A stretch of 37,135 nt of DNA from a virus (Duplodnaviria > Caudoviricetes): positions 1-37,135 of IMG/VR virus record IMGVR_UViG_3300048611_000244. One strand, written 5' to 3'. Shown piece after piece: positions 28,235 to 36,047 of the stretch (position 1 is the first letter of the stretch; every line of letters begins with the position of its first letter). Position numbers and translations under genes: made by a program. Below the pieces are notes generated by a model. The model did no database searches. It had not been told where the DNA came from and saw nothing but the letters and a program-made list of their open reading frames with translations.

Positions 28235-29005
28235 ATGAGTTTGCTTGAGAAGCTTGATGTCGGAATTGATGTAGAAGGCCAGGATGAAGATTTTATCCCA
28301 GGTGGTAGTTTTATACTGGACACGGGTGTCTATCCCATGACCGTAGAGCTGGCATATCTGGGTGAATCTCAAGGTGGAGCGATGAATGTAGTCGTTTGGC
28401 TCAAAGAGCTGGACGGTAATCGTACTCACCGGGAAACTTTCTATGTCACCTCTGGCAAAGCAAAGGGACAGTCAAATACCTTTGTAGATAAACGCTCTGG
28501 TAAGAAGCGCCTGCTTCCTGGTATGGAAGCTATGAATCAGTTGGCAATGATTACTACTGATCAGCCTTTGAGCGCACAGACCCCTGAAGCTAAGACAGTT
28601 AAGCTTTGGGATTTTGAAGAGCGTAAGGAACTTCCAAAGGAAGTACCAGTACTGACCAAGATGCTACAGAAAGACGTACTCGTATGTATTACTAAGCGTC
28701 GGGAAAATAAGCGTCAAAACGTTGGCGGTGATTGGATTGATACCAACGAAGAGCGTGTATTTAACGAAGTTAGTAAGTTCTTGTATCCGAGTGGGCATTC
28801 TGTTGCTGAAAAGAAGGCTGAAGGTGAAGCAGAGTATCGTGACACCTGGGCTAGCAAATTTGGCCCTGACTATGTCAGTGACAAGTATGCACCTGTCGAT
28901 GGTGGTGCTATAGCAAGTGCCTCAAATGCAGCAGCAGCAGAAAATTCTGCTGAAGTCGATTCTCTCTTTGGAGATGACGACGATGCTGGTGAGGATGCAG
29001 CTTAA
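28235..29005 (+). CDS. ssb: Single-stranded DNA-binding protein (N4 gp45-like)
   Basis: Synteny; LDTGVY...AY...S.GGA, YVTSG and LPG motifs; SLF near the C-terminus followed by an acidic tail. Confidence 0.85.
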   Translation: MSLLEKLDVGIDVEGQDEDFIPGGSFILDTGVYPMTVELAYLGESQGGAMNVVVWLKELDGNRTHRETFYVTSGKAKGQSNTFVDKRSGKKRLLPGMEAMNQLAMITTDQPLSAQTPEAKTVKLWDFEERKELPKEVPVLTKMLQKDVLVCITKRRENKRQNVGGDWIDTNEERVFNEVSKFLYPSGHSVAEKKAEGEAEYRDTWASKFGPDYVSDKYAPVDGGAIASASNAAAAENSAEVDSLFGDDDDAGEDAA

Positions 29006-29010
29006 CAGCT

Positions 29011-29511
29011 ATGGATCTGTTCATTGGAGTAGATCCAGGGGGAAGGGGCGCCTTGTGCGCCCTTACTCCTGCAACTGGCAGCATCGAATTCCATCCTACT
29101 CCAAATGATAAAGTTACCAGTGCAGAGGTCTTTGCTTGGCTCTGTAAGTGGGCCTGGTTAAAACCCATTATTGGAGTTGAAGCTGTACATTCTCTTCCAG
29201 GTATGTCTGCCCGCTCTAACTTTTCATTTGGATATAATTTAGGCCAAATTGAGACCATTATTTCGGCTGTTCGTCATCCGTGGCATAAAGTTACACCAAA
29301 GATTTGGCAGGGAAAAGTTGGTATAACTTTTCCTAAGAAATGTCCAAGTAAAGATCGTAAAATCATTACTTCAAAGCGATGTCTTGAACTGTACCCCAAA
29401 GCAGATATTTATGGCCCACGGGGAGGTTTAATGGATGGACATGCTGATTCCTTAATGATTGCTCATTACTTGAGTTTGACCTATGGAGAACAACATGAGT
29501 CCACTTCCTAG
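29011..29511 (+). CDS. RuvC-like Holliday junction resolvase
   Basis: IGVDPG, VEAVHS, FSFG, VTPKIWQ, ADSLMIA. Confidence 0.88.
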   Translation: MDLFIGVDPGGRGALCALTPATGSIEFHPTPNDKVTSAEVFAWLCKWAWLKPIIGVEAVHSLPGMSARSNFSFGYNLGQIETIISAVRHPWHKVTPKIWQGKVGITFPKKCPSKDRKIITSKRCLELYPKADIYGPRGGLMDGHADSLMIAHYLSLTYGEQHESTS

Positions 29512-29827
29512 ACGATATAAGGTTAGCCGGTCTCGTTATCGGAAACCACAAGAACCTACTCCGAGATTTGATATCGGAGATCAGGCCGGAGAGTTTAATG
29601 TTCTTGAGTATCTTGGATACTCACGCATTAAACCAACCGGAGAGCCCGTCAAACTGAGCCAGGAACATCACTGGTATAAGGTTAGATGTGCTTGTGGAAA
29701 AATAGAAGTCCACACTCAGCAGCAACTTATTGATGTGCGTCGGCATCGTGCCTGTGCAAGTTGCATTAATGAACTTGAAGAATTAAGGAGACCCAATGAA
29801 GATTCATCTTCAAGAGCAAGAACTTAA
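29495..29827 (+). CDS. Cys-containing protein resembling the N-terminal domain of phage HNH/AP2 endonucleases
   Basis: IGDQAGEFNVLEY...WYKVRCACGK...CASC; no HNH catalytic core seen. Confidence 0.55.
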   Translation: MSPLPRRYKVSRSRYRKPQEPTPRFDIGDQAGEFNVLEYLGYSRIKPTGEPVKLSQEHHWYKVRCACGKIEVHTQQQLIDVRRHRACASCINELEELRRPNEDSSSRART

Positions 29828-30062
29828 AACTGCCATCGAAGAATATATCAGCAATCAAGGTATTGATCTTTCTCAACGAGAGATTGATATTCAACTGACA
29901 GCTGGCCGTGGTACTCGAGGGCATTACGCTGATATCGAAATTGTAGAACACCAGGAAAATCTCGCAGAAGATCCTTTCTTTGAAGATGATGCACCTGAGA
30001 CTGAAACTCCAGAATCTGAAAAGCCAGATCCAGAAGAGAGTGCTATTAACTTTGACGACTAA
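29796..30062 (+). CDS. Acidic small protein
   Basis: MKI.LQEQELKTAIEEYI..QGI...TAGRG; SD AAGGAGA. Confidence 0.7.
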   Translation: MKIHLQEQELKTAIEEYISNQGIDLSQREIDIQLTAGRGTRGHYADIEIVEHQENLAEDPFFEDDAPETETPESEKPDPEESAINFDD

Positions 30063-30092
30063 ACTGAGCCCCTTCGGGGGCCAGTTATTTTT
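30062..30092 (+). terminator. Intrinsic terminator with UUCG tetraloop
   Basis: GCCCC-TTCG-GGGGC, extended by AACTG/CAGTT, then ATTTTT. Confidence 0.75.
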
Positions 30093-30103
30093 GAGGAAAA
30101 GTC

Positions 30104-30358
30104 ATGGCTACACTTAAAGCAATCTTTATCATTACTGTCTTATTTGTAATGTTTCTTTTAGCTCCTATCTTTGCTGTCCTAATAGGATTAGGTGCGGCAA
30201 TTTGGATCATTAGAACACTGTTATTGCTAGAGAAGGAAATTAAACATGAAGATACCGGAGAACGAAGCCGTACAGAGTTTGTTGGCGGAGAACATCTCTT
30301 TAAAGGAGAAGATTGCTTTTCTGGAACAGGCTGTAAAGAGCCTAGTAGAGAAGAATAA
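30104..30358 (+). CDS. Small membrane protein
   Basis: N-terminal hydrophobic stretch; SD GAGGA. Confidence 0.55.
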   Translation: MATLKAIFIITVLFVMFLLAPIFAVLIGLGAAIWIIRTLLLLEKEIKHEDTGERSRTEFVGGEHLFKGEDCFSGTGCKEPSREE

Positions 30359-30551
30359 TACTCTAGGCGAGTTCATTCGACAGAGAATGTCAGATATACT
30401 TGGCATGGCTAAGCAGTTTCGTGATGAATATACTCAGTATGCTGAATTTGTTAATCAGATGACTATGTCTCAAGCAGCACAACATACAGGAGAAGTAGAT
30501 GAGCCAGAAACCAAAGAATCTGATATTCGATTGGAAAGCTCTGAACTTTGA
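30246..30551 (+). CDS. Coiled-coil hypothetical protein
   Basis: Heptad pattern LLAENISLKEKIAFLEQ. Confidence 0.6.
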   Translation: MKIPENEAVQSLLAENISLKEKIAFLEQAVKSLVEKNNTLGEFIRQRMSDILGMAKQFRDEYTQYAEFVNQMTMSQAAQHTGEVDEPETKESDIRLESSEL

Positions 30552-30858
30552 GTGTTTTCGTGGCCCAGGCTTGAGCTTTCCTATCTCTGCAGAACTGGTT
30601 ATGGTTCCTGAGTTTGATGAACTTGTTATTTCTGCAACAAATAACTTTCCTGAATATAACTTAGTACCTATGGATCAACTATTTTTTCGGATCTTGCAAG
30701 ATTGGGAAAGAGGTGAAAATGCTGAGAAACCTTTTAATGAATTAGGAGCTTCTGATTTAGGCATGAGACTTCATTATTTTGAAGGAAATCACAAGGATAT
30801 TGTGTTCAAGTTAAGAGATGCCACTAAGCCTAAGGAAGAAAAGAAGCATTACGTTTAG
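30499..30858 (+). CDS. Hypothetical protein
   Basis: SD AGGAGA; ORF track. Confidence 0.55.
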   Translation: MSQKPKNLIFDWKALNFECFRGPGLSFPISAELVMVPEFDELVISATNNFPEYNLVPMDQLFFRILQDWERGENAEKPFNELGASDLGMRLHYFEGNHKDIVFKLRDATKPKEEKKHYV

Positions 30859-30912
30859 TTTTAGTCCATTCCCTTTGGGTAGTATACTACAGGGTCACAA
30901 AGGAGATTCTTC

Positions 30913-32118
30913 ATGACGAAATCAGGACTCACATACGAACAGCTAAAAGAATTTGGAACTGAAACTGAACAAGAATATCTTCAGGCTGTTATAGATACAG
31001 GTAGTACCCGTAAAGCAGCAAAAGCAGTAAATCGAAGTAAGTCAGCAATTTGTAATGCAATTGAAAGGTGTGAAGCTAAAGCAATTCGTAGAGGAAGTGC
31101 TCCAACTTACAATCTTAACAATCCAGCTCCAGCCGGCCAGTTTCAAGATACATCAACTCTTGTAAGACGAAATGTTAAGACAGGTGAAGATGAGGTTGTA
31201 CTACAATGGCTGAAGAATAAACAAGATCATCAAAGATTTGCTACATTTATGATCGAAACAGCCAAAGCAATGTCAGAGGATATTCCAAAAACCCTACCAA
31301 TTACTCGTAAGACTTCTTTGGTCAATGAAGATCTACTGAATCTTTATATCATCACTGATTATCACCTTGGTATGAAAGCAGACAGTGAAGAAACTCGAGA
31401 TCCTGATGGCTCTTGGGACATGAAGATTGCAGAAGATCTTCTAGTAAGATGGTTCCAAGAGGCCATAGAACGCTCTCCAGACGCTCATACGGGCGTTTTC
31501 GCCCAACTGGGTGACTTTCTACACTGGGATGGTTTAGACGCCGTCACGCCCACCTCAGGGCATATCCTGGATGTAGATGATAGATTCGACAAGTTAGTGA
31601 ATATCACTATTCGTGTTATTCGACGAGTAACACAAATGTTACTGGAAAAGCATGAACATGTTCATATGATCATGGCTGAAGGTAATCATGATCTAGCCAG
31701 CTCTGTATGGCTACGTCAAATGTTCAGTGCTCTATATGATAATGAACCACGAATTACAGTAGATCTTTCTGCAGATCCTTATTACTGTTATGAATTTGGA
31801 GAAAATACTCTCTTCTTCCATCATGGACATAAGAAGAAAGTACCTAATGTAGACGATGTTCTTGTTGCCAAATTCCGTAAGGAATATGGACGTACAAAGT
31901 TCTCCCATGCTCATATGGGACATCTACATCATGATCGGATCCTGGAGACCAATTTAATGACTGTTGAACAACATCAAACTTTAGCAGCCAAGGATAGTTA
32001 TGCTGCCCGCGGTGGATGGATGGCTAATCGGTGTGCTCGATCAATCACATATCATCGTGAATTTGGAAAAGTACAGGAATATAGTATCTCTCCTGAAATG
32101 ATAAAAGCTTGGACTTGA
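30913..32118 (+). CDS. HTH + calcineurin-like metallophosphoesterase
   Basis: N-terminal GSTRKAAKAVNRSKSAI HTH; DYH, GDFLH, GNHD, HHGH and GHLH motifs. Confidence 0.88.
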   Translation: MTKSGLTYEQLKEFGTETEQEYLQAVIDTGSTRKAAKAVNRSKSAICNAIERCEAKAIRRGSAPTYNLNNPAPAGQFQDTSTLVRRNVKTGEDEVVLQWLKNKQDHQRFATFMIETAKAMSEDIPKTLPITRKTSLVNEDLLNLYIITDYHLGMKADSEETRDPDGSWDMKIAEDLLVRWFQEAIERSPDAHTGVFAQLGDFLHWDGLDAVTPTSGHILDVDDRFDKLVNITIRVIRRVTQMLLEKHEHVHMIMAEGNHDLASSVWLRQMFSALYDNEPRITVDLSADPYYCYEFGENTLFFHHGHKKKVPNVDDVLVAKFRKEYGRTKFSHAHMGHLHHDRILETNLMTVEQHQTLAAKDSYAARGGWMANRCARSITYHREFGKVQEYSISPEMIKAWT

Positions 32119-32144
32119 TATACTATTGCAAATAGTTTTACACT
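32115..32144 (+). promoter_or_regulatory. Candidate sigma70 promoter of the RNA operon (TTGATA-N18-TACACT)
   Basis: The hexamers place +1 at about 32151, just before tRNA-Met. Confidence 0.45.
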
Positions 32145-32152
32145 TTTGATAT

Positions 32153-32229
32153 AGCAGGGTGGAGCAGTCTGGCAGCTCGTCAGGTTCATAATCTGAAGGT
32201 CGCGGGTTCAAATCCCGCCCCTGCTCCCA
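32153..32229 (+). tRNA. tRNA-Met (CAT), initiator-like body
   Basis: Acceptor AGCAGGG/CCCTGCT, anticodon arm TCAGG-TTCATAA-TCTGA, T arm GCGGG-TTCAAAT-CCCGC, encoded CCA. Confidence 0.93.
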
Positions 32230-32240
32230 AATGTATTTTT

Positions 32241-32333
32241 GGGTGAGAGGCGAATATTGGCTTAAGTCGCCACGGTCTGTAAAACCGTAGTCTGTAAAAC
32301 AGGGTGATGGTTCGATTCCATCCTCACCCACCA
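32241..32333 (+). tRNA. tRNA-Tyr (GTA)
   Basis: Acceptor GGGTGAG/CTCACCC, anticodon arm ACGGT-CTGTAAA-ACCGT, long variable arm, T arm GATGG-TTCGATT-CCATC, ACCA end. Confidence 0.93.
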
Positions 32334-32335
32334 AA

Positions 32336-32696
32336 TTTCGTTGGCAACGAAATATATAGCTGTATGAAGGAATCTGGAAGCATTGTGGACTCGAGTTCAA
32401 TACTCGACAGCTCCACCAAAAGCTCACCGTAGGGAGCTGGTCTATCCCAAGTCATCTAGATCTAGACTTACAAAGTCGACAGGCGTGGTGGGCTTTTGAT
32501 GGGGCTGAAATGGTTTCGACATGGTGAATAAGGTGCCTGGACAGCTGAGATTGGCTATCTCTAATCAGCCAAAACTATAGTCGCAAATGACAGTGACTTT
32601 TACGGAGATAACGTACTGCCAATGGCAGCGTAACTCCCCAGGACTGTCGTCCTGGTTACCTAAGACAGGGCCCCTCTTTGGAGGGGCCTTTTATTT
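32336..32696 (+). ncRNA. ssrA: Circularly permuted (two-piece) tmRNA: acceptor piece ends CCA at 32418, 82-nt intervening segment, coding piece starts GGGGCTG at 32501, tag frame 32583-32633 = ANDSDFYGDNVLPMAA*
   Basis: GGGGCTG/CAGCTCC-A-CCA with G3.U70; T arm TCGAG-TTCAATA-CTCGA; cross-piece helix 2; pk1 GAGA/TCTC + TTGGCT/AGCCAA; resume codon GCA AAT GAC; tag ends AA-stop. Confidence 0.93.
32669..32696 (+). terminator. Intrinsic terminator of the tRNA/tmRNA operon
   Basis: GGCCCCTC-TTTG-GAGGGGCC plus TTTTATTT. Confidence 0.85.
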
Positions 32697-32713
32697 ATAC
32701 AAAGGAGAATATA

Positions 32714-33028
32714 ATGGAATATGGACAGGAAGTAGCAGAACTAGAAGAACTTGATTCTTCAAATCAATCTGCACAATTATCTGAGGCAGTAAGCAATGCT
32801 ATTCAACTTAGAGATATAGCTTATTCTCTTAGACATGAAATATATAATTTAGAAAATAAATTATTTGGACGAGAAGAAAGTAAAACAGGGGGTTCAAGTT
32901 CAGAAAAATCAAATATTGATAAACCTTCGTATCCGCTGATTCCCGAACTTAATTACACCCAAAAGGAAATTTATCAGATTCTTGTTAAAGCTCAAAATGT
33001 TTTAATAACAATTCAGGATCGTCTTTAA
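32714..33028 (+). CDS. Hypothetical helical protein
   Basis: SD AAAGGAGA before ATG 32714. Confidence 0.65.
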   Translation: MEYGQEVAELEELDSSNQSAQLSEAVSNAIQLRDIAYSLRHEIYNLENKLFGREESKTGGSSSEKSNIDKPSYPLIPELNYTQKEIYQILVKAQNVLITIQDRL

Positions 33029-33162
33029 ATAAATGCGCAGCGGGCTGACTGTAGTCCTGTTTACCGTCTAAGAGTGTATGCGCTATAGATAATTCTGCAC
33101 TCTAGTAAGCAAATCCCAACAGACCCGGATGAAAGTTCCGGGTGCATATTTAGGAGAATGCC

Positions 33163-33492
33163 ATGCTTGCTGGTGGAATCACCATCTTTCTGGCCTTCTG
33201 GCTACTCTGGAGCAAATTACAACTAGAGACAAGACTCAAGGCCTTATCACATCATTTTGCTTTAGATGCTATTGTTAGTATTACTGTATGGCTTATGTTT
33301 GGTGGTACAGGAGAAGGAATGCTAGCAGCTACATTTGCTGCAGTTATAATGTCTATTAACATTACACTAGCTCGGAAACTATTTGGATATTTAGAAGAAA
33401 CAGAAGATGGATGGCAATATCATTCAGGAATGTTTGATCAATCTCATAAGTTTACTGATGAGACAAAAAGACTGCTAGATTCTGGAGAATAA
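33163..33492 (+). CDS. Membrane protein (about 3 TM)
   Basis: Hydrophobic segments; SD AGGAGA. Confidence 0.7.
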   Translation: MLAGGITIFLAFWLLWSKLQLETRLKALSHHFALDAIVSITVWLMFGGTGEGMLAATFAAVIMSINITLARKLFGYLEETEDGWQYHSGMFDQSHKFTDETKRLLDSGE

Positions 33493-33493
33493 T

Positions 33494-33760
33494 ATGTGTG
33501 AACGCTGTCCTAGATGTAAAGTAAGTTTAGAAGGTAGCTTAATATTTGATACATTTCTCGCAAAGTATAACAATGAGGAGAGGGCTCTAGAAGCTGCTAA
33601 AGCATATGGTGCTACTAAAACAGAAGGCCGATGGTCTAAAAAAATAGGGTTATATGATCAAAATATTGATAGAACAGTAGCATGGCGTTGTCCAAATTGT
33701 GGGCATGAATGGCCTCGAGATACATCTTCTCGACCAGGAATGTTTCGAGTGTCAAGCTAA
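33494..33760 (+). CDS. Zn-ribbon protein
   Basis: CPRC...WRCPNCGHEW. Confidence 0.7.
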   Translation: MCERCPRCKVSLEGSLIFDTFLAKYNNEERALEAAKAYGATKTEGRWSKKIGLYDQNIDRTVAWRCPNCGHEWPRDTSSRPGMFRVSS

Positions 33761-33841
33761 ATGTACTATAAAATGTACATTAAGGCCTATAAAGTACATT
33801 TTAAAACACAAAATACAAACAGAAATGCCTAGGAAACTAAT

Positions 33842-34249
33842 ATGGATAAGTCCTTTGTAACCTTAGTGCAAGCGATATGTATAGTATGCAATAAACCATT
33901 TGATACCAATGAATTGGCAATTGACTTGCGATTGAAAGAACGGTTTGAAATGCATACTGTCATGACTGATAAGGATGGAAAGTGTCAATTAGGGCTATGC
34001 CCGGAACATCAACGTATGAAAGATGAAGGTTTTGTGGCCTTAGTAGAAATTGATCCAGAGAAATCTGGAATTTCTGAGGCTACTGAGCAAATTGATGACC
34101 CACACAATGCTTATAGAACTGGAATAGTTGCTCATGTGAAGCGCAGAGTATGGGATAAAGTTTTTGATATGCTTTGTCCCGAAGGAGCTGTTGCTTTTGT
34201 TCAACCAGGAGTGATACAGCACTTACAATCGTTAATGGCAAAGGAGTAA
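33842..34249 (+). CDS. Cys-containing phage hypothetical protein
   Basis: CIVC...GLCPEH...GFVALVEID...AYRTG pattern. Confidence 0.7.
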   Translation: MDKSFVTLVQAICIVCNKPFDTNELAIDLRLKERFEMHTVMTDKDGKCQLGLCPEHQRMKDEGFVALVEIDPEKSGISEATEQIDDPHNAYRTGIVAHVKRRVWDKVFDMLCPEGAVAFVQPGVIQHLQSLMAKE

Positions 34250-34254
34250 ATGAA

Positions 34255-34413
34255 ATGAGTGTTGGAACTTTACTACTAATTGTTTTAATACTGGCTCTGT
34301 TTGGGGCTGTTCCTAGATGGGGCTATAGCAAGAGCTGGGGCTATGGTCCCAGTGGTGTGCTAGGACTCATCGTAGTAGTGCTAGTGATTTTGCTGCTACT
34401 GGGAAGAATCTGA
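34255..34413 (+). CDS. DUF3309 family small membrane protein (52 aa)
   Basis: MSVGTLLLIVLILALFGAVPRWGYSKSWGYGPSGVLGLIVVVLVILLLLGRI; SD AAGGAG. Confidence 0.85.
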   Translation: MSVGTLLLIVLILALFGAVPRWGYSKSWGYGPSGVLGLIVVVLVILLLLGRI

Positions 34414-34419
34414 GATTAT

Positions 34420-34494
34420 GGAGCGGCGGCAATTGACCGATCACCCCAAAGTGCGCTTAGTCGGGGAGGGTTCGCGCCCCCGGCCCGCTCCACC
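34420..34494 (+). pseudogene. tRNA-like remnant/element
   Basis: GGAGCGG/CCGCTCC-ACC acceptor-like stem and GGGTTCG T-loop-like motif; no canonical D or anticodon arm. Confidence 0.4.
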
Positions 34495-34507
34495 CTTTAG
34501 GAGATAG

Positions 34508-34825
34508 ATGATGAGTGTAATTGACGAAATTGTTGCCGAACGCAAAAGGCAGATTGAAGTGGAAGGGTTTACCCCAGAGCATGATGATGAGCATGACAAT
34601 TGGCAGTTGTCATCGGCTGCTGTCTGCTATGGGAATATGGGCAATGGCGGGCCGTTCAGTCATCCAGTAGCGGGAAGAGCACCGTGGGCATGGCCGCGGG
34701 GATCGGATTGGTGGAAGCCTTCGCCAGACCCGCGCCGTAATCTGGTGAAAGCAGCAGCCTTGTTGGTGGCTGAGATCGAACGGCTGGATCGTGCCGAAGC
34801 GATTAAGGATCAGCCCAATGACTAA
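34508..34825 (+). CDS. Conserved phage accessory protein
   Basis: ERKRQIEVEGFTPEHDD...WP...WWKP...RRNLVKAAALLVAEIERLDR, a widespread phage family. Confidence 0.8.
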   Translation: MMSVIDEIVAERKRQIEVEGFTPEHDDEHDNWQLSSAAVCYGNMGNGGPFSHPVAGRAPWAWPRGSDWWKPSPDPRRNLVKAAALLVAEIERLDRAEAIKDQPND

Positions 34826-34982
34826 CCTCACCCCCATAGCCCGCAGCCTTGAGCGCAAGACCAACGCGGAGTTGGCTGAGTTAACGCGGCTGGTGCAGTT
34901 ACGCGGCAACACGCCCCCGCATTTGTCGGACCTGCTGGAAGTGGTGCGAGAAAGGTTACTGGAAACGCGGAGGGAAAGATGA
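34818..34982 (+). CDS. Small hypothetical protein
   Basis: Overlap-coupled between its neighbours. Confidence 0.5.
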   Translation: MTNLTPIARSLERKTNAELAELTRLVQLRGNTPPHLSDLLEVVRERLLETRRER

Positions 34983-35320
34983 GAACAAATGAGCGTCACC
35001 GCAAAGTTGTAAATGGTCTCGGTCTCTGTTCTGTGCCCATGTGGTGTGGAGGGCTACCTGCCGGATTCTGTGATAAACCCGCATATGGCACGCGCCCTGC
35101 CGGCAAGGGTTGGCGCGACCCGAGCACTGGTGAAATACACCGATTCGACGGCAAATACAACGGGTACATTCCAGGGTTAGCGTGCCGGTCTCACGGCGGA
35201 CCCAGCCTAAGCGAGGTATCTCATAAAGGCGACCCGTGCGAGCACTGCGGGACACCGCATGATGATGTAGCACCGGGGCCGTGCCCTGCGTTACTGAAGG
35301 AGAAAGGTGATGGATTATAA
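34979..35320 (+). CDS. Cys-rich hypothetical protein
   Basis: CSVPMW...GFCDKPAYG...LACRSHGGP...CEHC; ATGA overlap. Confidence 0.65.
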   Translation: MRTNERHRKVVNGLGLCSVPMWCGGLPAGFCDKPAYGTRPAGKGWRDPSTGEIHRFDGKYNGYIPGLACRSHGGPSLSEVSHKGDPCEHCGTPHDDVAPGPCPALLKEKGDGL

Positions 35321-35504
35321 GGAAGCAAAGGCGTGGCTGTGTGGAGAACGCAGCATGACCAACATAATTCCAGAAGACCCGTTTGAAACATGGGTGGTTC
35401 GTATAGCCCAAGCCGATGCAGCCATGACACAGCAAGCCTATTTGATCGTCAGGGCTCATGATGACGGACTGGTATTCCATCATGGAGGGAAAGGTGATGG
35501 GTGA
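35307..35504 (+). CDS. Hypothetical protein
   Basis: ORF track; SD AAGGAG. Confidence 0.55.
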   Translation: MMDYKEAKAWLCGERSMTNIIPEDPFETWVVRIAQADAAMTQQAYLIVRAHDDGLVFHHGGKGDG

Positions 35505-35841
35505 CTGGTCTAAATACTTACGAGACCGAATACAACTTCTCAAAACCCCCAGCGGTGGCGATATTGTCGTAAAACTATTCCCACAAGAAGCGAAAGCGAT
35601 AGCAGACCGCATCGCCGAACTGGAAAACAGACCACACGATGAAGTCCTGTTGCATGACATGGAAATAATGAACAGGCGCATCGCCGAACTTGAGGCGAAG
35701 ATTAAGCGGGTGGAGGGGCTGCCGGACAAATGGCGGGTGCCAGTGGCGGGTGATATGAGTCTGCTTGGGTCGGCCCGCTTGTCTGGGGCGTCAGACGCAA
35801 GAGATAAATGCGCCAACGAACTCAAGGAAGCCCTCAAATGA
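35497..35841 (+). CDS. Ead/Ea22-like accessory protein
   Basis: Two RIAELE motifs typical of lambdoid accessory genes. Confidence 0.6.
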   Translation: MGDWSKYLRDRIQLLKTPSGGDIVVKLFPQEAKAIADRIAELENRPHDEVLLHDMEIMNRRIAELEAKIKRVEGLPDKWRVPVAGDMSLLGSARLSGASDARDKCANELKEALK

Positions 35842-36047
35842 CCACCCTAAAACCATGCCCGTGTGGGGAGGTGCCGAAAGAACTTACGCTCTATGTGGTG
35901 TCTGTTGAGCCATTGGGCGGGTGGATTGACGTATGCGGAGATTGGCACATTTCAACGCACCTACAGCCTGCCCACAATTCACGCGAAAGAATGGACAGCG
36001 CAACCAAAGCCCGGAACGCCGCACCACGAGGGAAGGCGCATAAGTAA
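35838..36047 (+). CDS. Lar (restriction alleviation)-like protein, degenerate
   Basis: MTTLKPCPCGE start; ATKARN.APR end resembles A..AWN.R. Confidence 0.5.
   Translation: MTTLKPCPCGEVPKELTLYVVSVEPLGGWIDVCGDWHISTHLQPAHNSRERMDSATKARNAAPRGKAHK

Noticed and set aside
32387-32418. Read as a third tRNA or an attP-like tRNA fragment
   Set aside because: It pairs with GGGGCTG at 32501 and belongs to the permuted tmRNA; no integrase is present in the window.
32041-32427. 128-aa minus-strand ORF
   Set aside because: Antisense shadow of the tRNA and tmRNA genes.
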